A DNA stretch of 64,000 nt, from the NCBI GenBank assembly GCA_964016885.1, contig OZ024740.1, positions 53,630,001 through 53,694,000 on the forward strand, given 5' to 3'. Below are positions 25,006 to 40,008 of the stretch, piece after piece. Source of the stretch: Eledone cirrhosa (Eukaryota). The position numbers and the translations under genes are program-made. How positions within the stretch are numbered: position 1 is the first letter of the stretch; every line of letters starts with the position of its first letter. The notes under the pieces were generated by a model that saw only the letters and a program-made list of their open reading frames with translations, had not been told where the DNA came from and did no database searches.

Positions 25006-27120
25006 TTTCGTTATAGGCCACGAAGGTTGAACCATAGAGAACAATACAAAAACAGGGACAGTGGAGATTTACAAAAACAAAAACGTGTAACAGGAAGATA
25101 ACGCATAACAATAAGTAATACAATTATAACAATACAATTCCTCAAGGAGGGAGCATCACCCGGGTGTAACTCAATAACTTTACACGACCCAAACCACCTT
25201 ATTCGCCATGAGCACCCTAGGACGGCACCCATTTCCACCTTAAAATATTATGCATACAGGCGCATGGTCAGAGTAAGCCCATTCATTCGGGCCATCCACG
25301 CTACGTCTACGCACATTCTAGCAAATGTAATGGGGAAACACTTTTCTCTCCAGCTTCTTCTTCTCTTTCCTGTGAAACTTGAAACAATTGATGAGGGCTT
25401 GGACGAAGAGGAAAGTGTCTCTCTAGTCCTTTCAGTCGTATCTATCACACATCTTTCGCTAGAGCCACCAGACAGAGGAAAACTGTCTGCCGTTACCTGC
25501 TGAAAAAGGCTGTGGGGCGATCTTCACGATAGACTATTTCGATATCCGGAAACGTCTTAAAAGGGGTAATAGCTGTTCAACAAAACTCCACAAGTCAGTA
25601 ATGAACAGATATTGGATGAGTGCATGCAGGACAGTTTTGTCGCTCTGCGCATATCTTGGACATGTCCATCTGACAGCCTTTCTGTGCATGTAGAGTTTGT
25701 CACGAACTGATATTTCCCCACCCCCACCGCGTAACACTTTCAAACTTGGTACTTTTGGAAGTTGTCTATAGTACCCAGCTCGAAGGTTTCCCGGAGCAGA
25801 GTGGTCAGTTCGATTTCGGCGACGCCCAGAGTCTCTCCGAGAATATCGTCTTTTTGTCCACCACTAGACTTCTATAATCCGCCAGAGGGGAATTTACCTT
25901 GAGCGCATTGCCCTCCTGGTAGACGGCTGTGAGCATCTGACAACATTCCAGATGCCAGATGGCAGACACCAAGTCTCGGTCTTCACCTTCCCCTCGACTG
26001 CAGCGTAGTCAAAAAGATGCGATGCTGAAAGACCTGTCGGACAGTTTGCGCCTCATCAGTCTCGGAATATCCAGTCCTCTGCCTAGAGGATACTAGAAGC
26101 AGATGGATCACACCTCTCAATGGAATATGTCGCTTCCATAATAAGTTGAAAAGCTGATACTCTAATTTTTCGAGATGTGAACGAGGGCAAGGCACGTCAT
26201 TCAGTCGGCAATAGATGACAGACGCGATCTATGTGCTCGCTACTTCTATCTAACTATTCATGGTTAGCTTCCTTGCGGCCCATTTCTGGGGGACAGTGGC
26301 CCCACTGCTCGTTACCTAATCCCAGTTCTTATTTACCGGGAGGTCTGGCCCAAACCAGATAATGGTACGTCCGTCTAGCCTCTGACGACGCATGGATTTG
26401 CCTCTCCAGGTACTGAGTTGCAAACTCACTGAATTTTCCAAGTTGAAATTTACTCCCGTCAAACTTTCATATTCCTCTAAGGCGTCTAGCACATCAATTT
26501 ACGAGATGTTCGACACCATCACGTTGATGACTTCCGCGTGTGAGGTAGCTTTTCCATGTCCCCGTTCGACCGGGATGGCCTGCTACTGCTCCAGCTTCCG
26601 AATTAGTAGCTCGAGAGTCAGTACATAAAGGAGGGATAAGAGAGTGCATCCTTGATGGACCGAGCACATGATCTGCAGCTGTTCCGATAGGTGGCCATTG
26701 ACATTGATCACCAAGCCGATGCCGCTATGCATTGCAGCGATCTAACCTCTGAAGAAAGTACCGAAGCCAGCTGCCTTGAGGACGGCGTCCAGGCATTGAT
26801 GGTCAACCCTATCGAAAGGTTTCATTGATCTAAATTGATCAGAGACACTGAACCCAGATTTACTATCTACCTTCTATATGATGTATCGTATGAGGTGGAG
26901 GTGCTCATGTATGGGCCTGGTTAGGATTTCTCACGTCTGTGCCTCCTATACCAGGTTGTCGGCTCCAACCTCGTTACTAGCACGCTGGCCAAAATGTTAA
27001 ACCGTGTTGAGCAGAGTTAGGGCCTGAAGTTACTTTAAACATCCCTCTTCTTCTTGTCTTTCCCCCTCGGCATAAATATGTTCCGACTCACACAACTTGG
27101 AATTCTCCCGTTCTTCTCCC
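25006..27120 (-). mobile_element. Degenerate Tx1/L1-type LINE (RT to 3' end)
   Basis: Homology to ORF2 of 9702-15502 (VRDKLY...CPRYAQSDKTVLHALIQ; PCPRSHLEKLEYQLFNLLWK). ATT-type tail on the element strand. Confidence 0.82.
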
Positions 27121-27191
27121 AATTCATTCGCTTTAATCCATGGTTTTTCACTTTCTTATTAAATGCGTTACTAAAAGTCAGTGGTGAATTA

Positions 27192-27411
27192 CAGGCATGT
27201 CAAACGTGCGGTCCGAGGGGCAGCAAGCAGCCGTTTACAAGCACACCTGCGGCCCACACAAAGGTTTTTACAGCGCGAGCATATATTATCTTCGTAATAT
27301 AAAATTTTAAAAATTAGTTGTAACGAGCGCAATCATTTACCGAGTGTGGCCCTCAGACAACACATATGTGACCCATGTGGCCCTCGGGGAACCCCCAGTT
27401 TGACATGCCTT
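27192..27411. mobile_element. hAT (Charlie-like) MITE
   Basis: Terminal inverted repeats CAGGCATGTCAAAC and GTTTGACATGCCT with subterminal g(c/t)ggccc motifs. No clear 8-bp target site duplication. Confidence 0.7.
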
Positions 27412-27707
27412 ATGTAGCAGAAACAATAAAATAACAGAACTGAATATTTAAGACACTCTATTCAACTTTCTATCCTTAAATCCTGATTATCTTACTGTGA
27501 TACACTACGGTCAAAATCCATTAAACACCTATTTCCAGTTTTTTAGTAGGTTTCTGTGAAATCATTATTATTATAATTATGCAGGAGTAATATGAGTATC
27601 TGTTATAGCATTTACTGATTAGTTATTACTTTATACTATCTTCTCCATTATAATAGTAATATCATTAGTAATATCAACCGGAATATTTTATGGCATTTAT
27701 AATTTAA

Positions 27708-29091
27708 TTGCTCCATTCCCATTATGCCAAACCCATGACTTCCAAACATCTGATCCACCAAAACTCGGCCATTTCGGACCATACCAAAATCAACATACTG
27801 ATTGCGGATTTGGTACGGGTGATAAGAAACGTGTCCCGCATGTGCAACCCCGAAGAACTAGAGAGACACATACAACACTTCATCCACCGTATGCAGTTCT
27901 CTGGCTACAATCAGAGAGATAAAATCAGAGTGTATAGAGGAGCCAGAACTAAGTGGGAAAAAATGGTAAATAATGACATAAATGGGACCTGCCCCTTGTA
28001 TAGGAGCAAATTTTGGAATAGAATAGAAAGAACTAGGAACAAGGCTAATAGAATAAACTCATGGTATGATAGCAATAAATACCAGAGTGTAATGTTCATC
28101 GATACAACCCCTAGCTTACAAATTTAGTAGGGCCCTAAATAAACATAAACTCAATATTAAGATAGTAGAAAGACCAGGTACCTCCGTAAAAACACTCATT
28201 AGCAAGACATACCCTTTTCAAAGACCCTCATGTAGAGATAAGAAATGTATAACCTGTAAAATAAGCCCCCATATTAACTGTAAAACTAGAAATGTAGTGT
28301 ATAGCATAAGATGTACCGAAGGACAATGTAGAGACAAAAATATAGTGTACATAGGTGAGACAGCTCGTAGTGTAGGGGAACGGATAAATGAACACTGGCG
28401 AGACCTTCAAGATAGTAAAGAATCATCTGTACTCTACCAACATGCTAAAATAGAACACAAGGGTAAATTAGAGAACATAGAAATAAAAATAGAATCTACA
28501 CACAGAAAAGACGCGATGTTTAGACAAATTACAGAGGCAATAAACATAAAAGAATTACAACCAAAATTAAATAGAAAATATGAGTGGAACAGCAACATCA
28601 CAACTTACAATTAAGGACAAAATGAAAACACACACACACACATAGAACAAACAACCAACCAGTAACATGTAAATAAACAAATAAATAAATGAACATAAAC
28701 ACACACAGACACCCGGATGTGGCGCATGCGCAGACTGAGCACACAACACACACACAGAAACAAAATGGCGTAGGACAGAACAAAGGAGAGGCACAGAAAC
28801 AAAGAAAGGAATCCCCAGTCACTGAAGAGGTCACATAGTGTGTGACGAAAGAACTATGACAATATATAAACAACTATCTGGTTGTGGAACCAACCAACCA
28901 ACCAGAAATTTATAAATTTATAAATTTATTATAATAAATTGAAGTGAAAGCAACTGGTGCGTGTGTTTCTTATTGGCAACATGACCCTCCCAAAGTATAA
29001 CAATATCGGTTTCAACACACGATTTCAGATAAAGAATCTTGCTAAACAAATTCAGAAACGAAATTTAATTGCTGTTATACGAAAAAGGAAT
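27708..29091 (+). mobile_element. Penelope-like element, 3' part (post-RT, Cys linker, GIY-YIG, pseudo-LTR with HHR)
   Basis: CRDKKCITC linker; VVYSIRC...VYIGETARSVGERINEH...ITEAINIKELQPKLN; HHR at 28818. Confidence 0.88.
28818..28860 (+). ncRNA. Type I hammerhead ribozyme with an extra nt after A9
   Basis: GUCA CUGAAGA G GUCACAU AGU GUGUGAC GAAA GAACU A UGAC. Confidence 0.85.
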
Positions 29092-29388
29092 ATATATATA
29101 TATATATATACAATATAAAGAAATTCACAGATAGATGCGAAAACATACATATACATGAATATATCCACATATATCCCTGAATTTGTGGTGCCAACCTCAA
29201 CGGTGTTGCTCTATGAATTAATGGGACAAAATAATCCGAATGGATTAGATTGATTCAGTATCAGAGCTATATAATAATACGTTATAAAGAAAAAAGAAAC
29301 ATTAGATACGTAGTCGAGGAGTAATGAAGGAATTTGGGTATGGTATATCTTATTAATTATATCTAATGTTTCTTCTTTCTTTATAATG

Positions 29389-29692
<304 letters not shown>

Positions 29693-30269
29693 GATTACAA
29701 TTTTGATATGATATGTTCATCACATTTATTGAGGGAACTGTGTTTAAAATAGTGAACTGCTAACTTTGTTGACTCTCCTCTAGCCTCTGTAACCCTTATC
29801 CCGCATCAGCCACAGAGTGTGTCCTGCTCTATTACTCGTTCGTCTTGTTTCAACACTGACCATTATCTGTTGTTTATATACTTCTTTTGATGTGGTTTAC
29901 AGCTGTACAATCCCTCCGGCCATACCCGCACATTTGTTTATCTTAAGTTCACTAAGTTAAAGCATTGTTTAAGAACCGTGCTCAACCTTCGATCACCTTC
30001 GGGGCAGACGCCAATTCTGCCACCCTTGGCCACACATACACCTTCACCATATAATTTTAATGGCGTCAGCCCTATTTAGCCTAATCCGCAACAAGCATTT
30101 TTCTTCTTCCAGTTCTGTCTCCCCAAGAAAACTCATTGTCTTTAGAATAATCTTATCAATTTCCATCAACAAACTGAGATAAATACAAAAATAAAGCAAT
30201 ACAGACAACTAACGTTACCAAAACAAATAAATCTCCCATCGTCCTTTTTGGTTTACTTATTTTAGTTCA

Positions 30270-30553
<284 letters not shown>

Positions 30554-30733
30554 GACGGATGTGTGTAAATAGAATACATTCATATTGTTTTAGATGGTGA
30601 AAATATGTTGCTAATATATCTGGAGGCAGAAGATAAATATTTCTAAGTAATATATTAAAATGTTTTCACATGAAGATTTTATACATTATATATGTGCGAA
30701 TGCATATATCTATACCTATATGTCTGTCTATGT

Positions 30734-30778
<45 letters not shown>

Positions 30779-31874
30779 CACAGACATATGTATATATGTA
30801 TATATATATATATAAAGCTACCCTTGAGGAAAGTTGCAACACTTATATTTATATTGCAAGTAAATATAATCTCCATTCGAACACTGGCCTTTTCAGTCTT
30901 CGTATAAAAAAATATCAGAATATGCAAATTGCTTCAATATTTGTGAGTTCGAATGTCGCTTTATGTGATGTCTTATGTCCTAGACAAAACAAAACACATT
31001 ATGTATACTGTTGCTAGACATATTACTGTCGTTCTTTTAAGAATCTAAAAGTTATGGAAGTATTGAAGTGTAATTTTCTTAATACTACATCTTTTAGAGA
31101 TCCAATATACATATTCCATTCTCGAGAATTCGATAAATAATGACGTTACTCATCTGCACATCAATACACACACATACCTGGTATCTCTACTTACGTGTGT
31201 TAGACTGGCAGTTTTTAAATGTAACTTTGTTTGCATATGTATATAATATATTCTTCTCTTACCATATACTTTATAACTGCACAAACGAACAATATATTAT
31301 TTTGCCCTAAATATACCCGATTTTGTTTAAAATATCTTTCAGATTCTTTGTCTGAAATTCGAAGCTTTCTTATTAAATTTATTTGGTAAAATATATAACT
31401 GAATTTACCTATTTATAGTTTGTTATTATCTACAATAATTTAGTGCAAAAAAACAAAACAAGCTTGATGAATATAGATTATGCTTATCCACCTAATTGTA
31501 GTATAGAAACATAAATAATAAAGACCAGTGATTCCTGCGAAAGCATGCGAATTTGGGGAAGAATTGAAAAGGCAGAACTTGGTAAGTTCAATGTGAGTCT
31601 AATAACGTCGATCTTGGTAGAGTACCATTATATTTGGCACTCATTTCCTAGCTTTTGAACACCTAACCTGACGTCGAATATTAAAAAGTTGCATGATCAT
31701 GTAACCAACGGGATAGAGAATGATGCTAAATAAAACACTAATTGATAACTTTATAAGTATATCCAAATGGTTCACAACTACAGACAGGGTGAACATCTTG
31801 ATCTGAGCGTTTATTTGGGAGTGGTGTTGATGAAAGCTCATAGCTACGTTGTAAAAAAACTGAATTAATGAAAT

Positions 31875-33662
31875 CGAAGGTCAAGGTGAACAGCTACCTA
31901 TCGGAGCCGTTCGCTAACACGCGTTCCATTCGACAGGGATGCCCTCTCTCCTCCATTCTGTACTCTAGAGCCACTACTGCGGAAGTTGTAGCTTTTGCAG
32001 GGCATCCCTTTAGAATCGGGACTTCGAAAAGCGGCGTCGGCTTATGGCAACGCCGTGACGGTAATGGTGTCGAAAACCTCGGAAATCGAGGTAATCAGCA
32101 TCCTACTACAGGAATACGAAAGGTCCACAGGAGCAATACTGAACCCGGACAAGTCTGTCGGTTTGCAACTCGGAACGTGAAGAGGCAAACCGATGCCGTC
32201 CGACAGCGTCGTCGGACGCTAGACGGAAGGACTAGTGAAATTGCTCGGAGTCTGGTTCGGTCCAGACCCCAGGTGGAGAAAAACTGGAACGAGGTAATGG
32301 CCAAGGTATTTGCGCTCACCCAGAAGTGGGCAGAGTGCAAACTGTCTTTGAAAGGTCGAGCGGAGGTGGCGAACACTTTCATAGCGTCCGTCATCTACTA
32401 CCGCTTGACTGTCGTGCCTTGTCCTCGTGAATACCTCACCAAGATGGAATGCATGCTATTCCAGTTCCTGTGGAAGAAAGAGGCTACACTGGTGAGGAGA
32501 TCCGTCTGCTGTTAACACCCTTCCAACGGAAGGCTGGGCATGTCGTGGCTAATGATGCGGAAACATGCGGAAACAGGCTACGGCATCTCCAGGCATTCCT
32601 CACCGACTAACCGGTGTGGGCACCGTTTGTGAGACAGGCCTTCCCACAACTTGTCTCGCTGACGAAGCTGCAGTCCTGGGTCAAGCGAAGATCGAAGAAG
32701 TTGGGCGCCTGGCACATTGAATGCGCCCAGGCGCTCACAGTCCTCTGTCAAGCGGGCACAGCAATCGGTGGAGACTCCACCTCGACATTCTATAAAGGGT
32801 TAGTACTTTACAAGTGCGACGACGTGCTCGGGGAGACTCTAGCCGTCGAAGACGACGAGCTCACCAGTCTGTTCGGTAGGACTTTCGGCTCGGGACCTAT
32901 GGACAGCTCCCAGAGGTCCCTGGCCTGGCAGTGCTACTGAGGAGCTCTAGCCGTTCGAGATAAGATCTACAGGCACGAACACCTCGGCAGGGATCCTTCC
33001 AAGAGGACGTATCAAAGATGCGAGCAGGACATTGAAACTGTCTTGCACGCAATTGTACACTGCCCGGTCGTAAGCGACCTGTGGAACTATGCAGAACAAC
33101 TGCTGTCGCGTATGGGACAAATCCAGTTGACTGCCGAGTCCATAGTAAGGATCAAACCGCCAGATTAAAAACGAAAGAGAGGAGGTTTTCCTCTGTACTG
33201 TGGCTATGGGGAAAGAGGTCATATGTTGGACGAGATTGAGAGGACTGAGGACAGATGCCTTTCTCTCCGAACAACAATTGATTCCCTTCTTTAAGTATCA
33301 CTTTAGAAGGAGAATCAGAGTGGAGAGAGAGGCACTGCACCCCAGTAAATTTACTGAAAGGTGGGTGAATGAAGCGAAAATGGCCCGAGTGATTGGGCCT
33401 TCTCTGTTTATAAGCCTGTAGGTTAAAGAAGAGAGCAAAATAAAGAAAGGATCACTTGCACAACACGCTCCTGAAGTTGAGGGTTGTTCTACCGACGGGG
33501 TATTAAACAACCCATTTGTGGCGCCTCCCCCCTCCCCTTATTGGGGATTTCGATTGTTACAATTGTTTGTTTCAATATTTTTACACGACTGTATGTAAAA
33601 TCCCCAACATGTGTCTTTGTATTGTCCGCTCTTCTTGTGCGTCCTTGTGGCAAACAAAGAAA
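31875..33662 (+). mobile_element. Tx1/L1-type LINE, 5'-truncated
   Basis: RQGCPLS, KLSLKGRAEVAN, YYRLTVVPCP and the C-terminal region are present. Ends in (TATC)n. Confidence 0.88.
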
Positions 33663-33698
33663 TATATCTATCTATCTGTCAGTCTATCTATCTATCTA

Positions 33699-36600
33699 CG
33701 TGATTGGTAGACTTCGCTCCGGATTTTTTACGGATTATTTACGGATTATTGTACAAAAAACTGTGAGTTTATTGTTGAATTTGTTATTATTGTTTAGTTT
33801 AACCCCCTCGTATGGGCCTTCAGACTTTGGGTTAACTAATTTTCGCCCCTTTTTGGGGCGAAATTTTCATCTGAAAAATTTGTGTAGACTTGTTAGTTAG
33901 TAATGGATGCCATTTCAACCTTTCACACTGTAGGGAGTGCCACGCCCACTAAGAAAAGTGGTGGCGGGAAGGTAGGAGTACAAATCTTGCAGCCTTCCTC
34001 CCACGCCTTATCACAAAACGTTTTAAATATTGCAACCACGGAACCAAACCCGGTAAATAATACCAGCACCAGAAACAAGAACAATGACAATAACACCACA
34101 ACCAACAACTGCAACAATAAAAACACCAACACCAAGGAAAATATGAATAACATCAACAACAGTGACAACAACAACAGAAACAAGAAAGACAACAACACCA
34201 AAATGTCGTTCGCACAAACTGTAAAAAAAACAGAACTATACACTCCAATTGACATCACTAACGCAAAACAGCTACTCTAAGATGCAAAACAATATGTAAC
34301 TTTTGGACAAAACGGTGCTTTCAGCATCAATTCTCCCCAGGTATTACGTAGAGAGACTGTCCTGAAAATTGGTTTTCAACTAGAAAACCAGCTCAATTAT
34401 CACAAAATGAAATTGAGCTGGTTCTAAAAGATGCAATGAAGGACATAACCTTCATCCAAAGAGGAAAACTGTTTAGTAGCATTTCGGTGCTAATGAATGA
34501 CCAGCCAATGGCACAAAAATATGCTGTATCACCCATTGTGTTTCCCCGTTTCACTTTTTTCTCCACATACAGGGGAAAAAGGACACACAAAAAAAAAAAT
34601 TATGTGTATCGCACCAAATGTAAATATTTGGTGGATACTATGTGGATTCATTGATTTTGATGAAGACAGAATAATCTCAGTAGGAAAGTCCTCCAGAGGT
34701 GTATTTAGTGGGACTAGCGTAGAACTTCTGGTTCAAATGAGCCCAGAACGAATAGCTAAAATCCCACAACGCCTGCCTCTGGACGGGCTAACCTATATAA
34801 ACATTTCAGTTGAGAGTAGGAGGCCGTAATGTTACCACTACTTAAGCAGGGGTCACCTGGGGGCTGCCTGTCCTCAGTTAACGAGTCAAAAAAAGGCTCT
34901 TCTGCCAACACCGAACACAACAACACAACAACCACCACCACCACCACCACCACCACCACCACAACAACAACAACAACAACCACAACAACACGAAAATTAA
35001 CAACACAAGTCACTGTCCCACCTAACCGCTCCCCACCTAAAATAAATACAAAAGCACCCGCAACCACAACCAACCCCAAAATATGTCCCTCCCCAACAAC
35101 AAGGACGAGTACCCCTTATCAACGTCACCCAGTGACGACGAGGGAGAGCCCTTTCAACCAGTAAAAAGAAAAAAAAAGGCAACACATTAACAACAAACAC
35201 GTAACCACCAGAACAAACAGAAGAAACATTTCTCCCTCACCCCGAAAACATAACATACTACAAACATACTGCAAACACACACAAGAACAACTAACAAAAA
35301 CAAACACAACACAACAAAAGCATTATACATACATCAACACAAACTACAAAAGACATGTACAAACAGTAGACAAAGACCCTTCGGTGGAAACCGAAGCGAA
35401 ACTGTTCACCACTGCGGCGAATAAACCGCATTTAAAAATGATTAGGGTCCCAAGGGAACCCCTACGCAATACTCAAACAAAACTTTCTCGAGGACGTGGG
35501 AAACTCCTGTACTAGACCTTCCAGCCGCGTCCTTTTGAAATGTTTCCCTACCACCACCCCATACACCCCCACCCCACCAATCACCCCACCCCACCACACA
35601 TTGATGTCCACACCACACCGCAAACCACCACCCCACCAAACAACCCCTCCAACGCCCCCATGGAAATTGTGCAGCCTGGTCCCCAGGAGACGGAGAGGTA
35701 GGTGTCTTTTCTTTTTCTCCACTTTAACTCTTCACCACCAACATGGCTGCTATAAGAGTTGGATATTTAAATGTGCGCGGCCTGGGGATGTTCTCGAAGC
35801 AGGGCAAACTCTTAAATGACCTCAGGTCGCACAGAATGGATGTAATAGCTATTTGCGAGTCCAGGATCAGCAGCGAGCACCAACTGGCCACCATCTTCGA
35901 CGACTTTGACGTCTGTGCATCTCTCTGTCAGCCGGGGGGGTTGTCGTTCTGCTGCGAAAACACCTGGGCCTCGCAATACAGAAGGTACACCTGGGCCTCG
36001 CAATACAGAAGGTACACCTGGACCCGGAGGGTCGACTGGTAGTTCTAGACGTCGGCTGTAGTGAAGGTGGAGCCCTCAGGCTGGTGGCAGCGTATGCCAC
36101 ATCTGGGACACAGCAACCGGACTTCTTCCAACGTCTAGAGACTTTTCTTGGAACGTCGCGCTCCTTGCTTTTAGTGGGGGACTGGAATGGTATCCTGGAT
36201 GCACGTTGGGACTATGTATGGGGCATGTCCCGATAGAGGGGGGTGTAACAGCCTCAAACGGTTAATCGGCCGATTTGACCTGGCCGATAGATATCGATTA
36301 GATTTTCCGTCTGTGCCACTGTGAACGTGGATTATTCGCAGCGGAACATCTAGGTCGTACCTAGATAGGTTCCTGGTTAAAAATAAGGATAGGGACATAT
36401 TAAGCTGTCCACGAATGTTCATGGTTGACTGTTCGGATCACAAGTTAATGACCTACGTAGTCAACCTTGATAGAACCCATAGACAAGGACTCGGTTACTG
36501 GAAGCTAAACTTGGCCTTACCGACAAACAAAGCTTACATTAAACGGATTAGTTAAGCACCGGTTGATGGGGGAAATTGTCAACAGCAAGTGGCGGGGCTC

Positions 36601-38628
36601 TCTCAAGAGAGCAATTAGAATAGAATTGATAGATTTTAGTCAGGAATTAGTATTAGATAGGAATAGAACTGAAAGGGAATTGGTAGATAGAGTAGAAGAG
36701 GCAATTAGGAGTGGCAACGTGGCCGGCGTGCTGGAGTCAAGAACGGCCCTAGACCAGTTCTTTGACGCGAAGCACGCGGGCTGCGTTGTCAGGAGTAAAA
36801 TACGTGCTCTGGGTAACGAGGGAGCCAAAGCTGTTAGCTGGGCCCGAGTGACAGACGTAAAAAGTGGAAACAAGTCCACGATTCGGTTTTGAAGGACCCG
36901 GATGGGCGTGTGATACTTGAACCTGAGCGCATGTGCGCGGCCTTTCAGTGGCACTTTGTACGACTGTTCGGGAGGGTCAGCGAGCCGGGTGAGGCCATGG
37001 ATTTCGGTCCATACCTCGACGGTCTGTCGCGCCTCACGGACCGGGAGGCGAAGTCCTGCTAAAGGCCGGTTTCAGCTGCTGAAATAGGGGAATCGCTGAG
37101 CCGATGCGGCAAACGCAAATCTCCGGGTCTCGATGGTCTACCATACGAACTTTATGTAGCGATGCCGGACTTGTTCTCCGACCTCTTCGAGGCGGTCTAC
37201 TGCAACTCTGTGACAAAGGGCGTAGTCACGCTACTGAGGAATGACGAGAACAAGGGGGAGACATAGATAACTTCAGGCCCATAACTCTGCTAAATACAGT
37301 GTTAAAGATGTTGGCCAAGGTGTTAGCGAAGAGGTAGGCACTTGTCCTCGGGAACCTGGCGGGAGAAGCGCAGACATGCTCAATCTCGTCCAGGTCCATT
37401 CACGACAACCTCCACCTCATGCGATACATCGTAGAGAGGGTAGGGTATGAACTCGGCTTTGGTGGGGCCCTGATCAACTTGGATCAATCTAAGGCGTTCG
37501 ATAGGGTTGACCAATGGTACCTGGATGCGGTGCTTGCGACGGCAGACTTCGGACCCGTTTTCAGGGGCTGGATTGCTGCAATGCACAGCAGCAACATCTG
37601 TTCAAGGGTCACGGTGAACGGCTACCTCTCGGAGCCGTTCCAAATCACGCGATCCATCTGACAGGGATGCCCTCTCGCCACCTTTCTGTATGTACTGGCT
37701 CTCGAGCCACTACTGCGGAAGTTGGAGCTGTCACAAGGCATCCCCTTGGAACCGGTATTGCGGAAAGTGGTGTCAGCCTACGCCGATGACAGTATGGTGT
37801 CGTGCGCCTCGGAAATCGGGGAGATCGGCCAAGCTGAACCGGGACAAGTCTGTTGCTTTGCAACTCGGAACCTGGGGAGGCAAACGGATGGCCTCCGACG
37901 GCCTCGTCGGATGCTGGACGAAGGTACCGGTGAAGCTGCTCGGGGTCTGGTTTGGACCAGACCTCCAGGTGGAGAAAAACTGGGACGTGGTAACGGGCAG
38001 GGTGTTTGCACTCGCCCAGAAGTGGGCCGAGTGTACACTATCCCTGAAAGGTTGAGCGGAGGTGGCGAACAGTTATATAGCGTCCGTTATCTACTACCGC
38101 TTGACCGTCGTGCCTTGCCCAGCGAAAACGCTCGCCAAAATGGAGCGCGCGCTCTTCCAATCCCTTTGGAAGAAGCGGGCCCCTTTGGTGAGAAGATCCA
38201 TCTGCTGTCAACACCTTTCGAACGGAGGGCTGGCGATGCCATGGCTGACAATGCGTAAACACGCATTAAGTGTGGCCCCTTTTGTGAGGCGAGCCCCTCC
38301 GAGACTCGTCTCGCTCACCGAACTGCAATCCTGGGTCAAGCAAAGTGGGTGATTGGCACATTGAATGTTCCCAAGCACTCACGGCCCTCTGGCAAGCGGA
38401 TCCGGCAATCAGTGGAGACTTCACCTCAACATTCTATAGAGGGTTAGTGCGCAGCAAGTGCGACGACGCTCTCGGAGAAGCTCTGGGCATTGAGGAAGAC
38501 GAACTAGCTAGTCTGTTCGGTAGGACGTTTGGCCCGGGACCGATGGACAACTTCCAAAAGTCCCTGGTTTGGCAGTGTTACCGAGGGGCTCTACCCGTTC
38601 GGGACAAGCTCTACAGACACGGGCGAAC
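33699..38628 (+). mobile_element. Tx1/L1-type LINE with 5' end retained, 3'-truncated and decayed
   Basis: ORF1 remnants (33903-35700) with degenerate knuckle CYHYLSRGHLGAACP. ORF2 starts at 35743 (GYLNVRGL, GDWN, LDQSKAFDRVD, YADD). Starts directly after (TCTA)n. Confidence 0.88.
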
Positions 38629-39542
38629 TATATGTAACTATATGCTCTACAGAACTATATGTAACTTATAATATACTTATAATATTCCTATTAATCTCCA
38701 AAATGATCGTATCTGCTCTAACCATTTCTATTTTTAATATGTTAATATATTATCTCTAAATCATAATATCTTTAACATTTCTTATAATATATATATACGT
38801 GTGTATGTATAGATATTTATATATATTTATGTACTTCTACATTATGTACATCTATATAATTCTAATTTTAATTTTAATTTTAATTCTTTTAAATTCTTTA
38901 ATTCGTTTTTCTTGATATTATATTTTTCTAATGACACCCTCTAAAGCTAATTTTTAAATGTAGATTAATAACCATTAACTGTTTTTAGTTAATTATATCC
39001 TATTCAGGATGGTGATTAATTATTCATATTTCTTTAGAATAAATAATTAACCCCACACTAGCGACTAATAAAAAAATTGGTGTTATCTTTCCTTCTTTCA
39101 ATCATAAAAACTTTTTATACATAACACCGTTAATTTAATCTTATAAATTGTAACTACCTATTTATTTACATAAAATCAACATCCCTAGTAACTTATATTA
39201 GGAACAAACACCTATTTATTTTACTTATTTATAAATCAACATCCCTCGTAACTCATATTATAAACAAACTATCCTTTAAAAAAAACACATATGCTATTAT
39301 TAAAATACATATATAGATATTTATATATTTAAATATAAGTATGTATACGCACATACATATATGTATACAGACGTACAGTAGTATGTATATATATATACAT
39401 ACATGCACACATATATACATGTACGTATGGATTCACCGAACATTGTTTATAATGCTCGGTGTGTTTGTAAACAAACATCCCGAATTAAGCCATACAGTGT
39501 CTAGCAACCATCGTTGCTCGTTTGTTCAACACTGACAAAGGA

Positions 39543-39585
39543 ACGCTGTACTAGTTTCAAGCTTATTAGCTATCATCAGCAACGT
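39543..39585 (-). ncRNA. Type I hammerhead ribozyme
   Basis: ACGUUG CUGAUGA UAGCU AAUA AGCUU GAAA CUAGU A CAGCGU. Confidence 0.8.
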
Positions 39586-40008
39586 ATACCTTCCTGCCAG
39601 ATGGTTGAACGTCTGAAAGTATATACTTTCCTTATGCATATTAATGGCTGAGCAGCCTAATTTGCATATCGAGTGAGTTAATCGGCCGGGGTAGCGAAAA
39701 CGATAAACGGAAAAAATGAAACGAAATTTCATTTCTCACACTTAGTACAGCTGTTACTTAAATATAAGTATGTATACGTACATACATATATGTATACAGA
39801 CGTACAGTAGTATGTATATATATATACACATATATACATGCACACATATATACATGTACGTATGGATTCACCGAACATTTATTATAATGCTCGGTGTGTT
39901 TGTAAACAAACATCCCGAATTAAGCCGTACAGTGTCTAGCAACCAGCCGTTAATATGCATAAGGAAAGTATATACTTTCAGACGTTCAACCATCTGGCAG
40001 GAAGGTAT

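Noticed and set aside
35960-36014. 27-bp tandem duplication in a LINE APE domain
   Set aside because: Ordinary post-insertion slippage.
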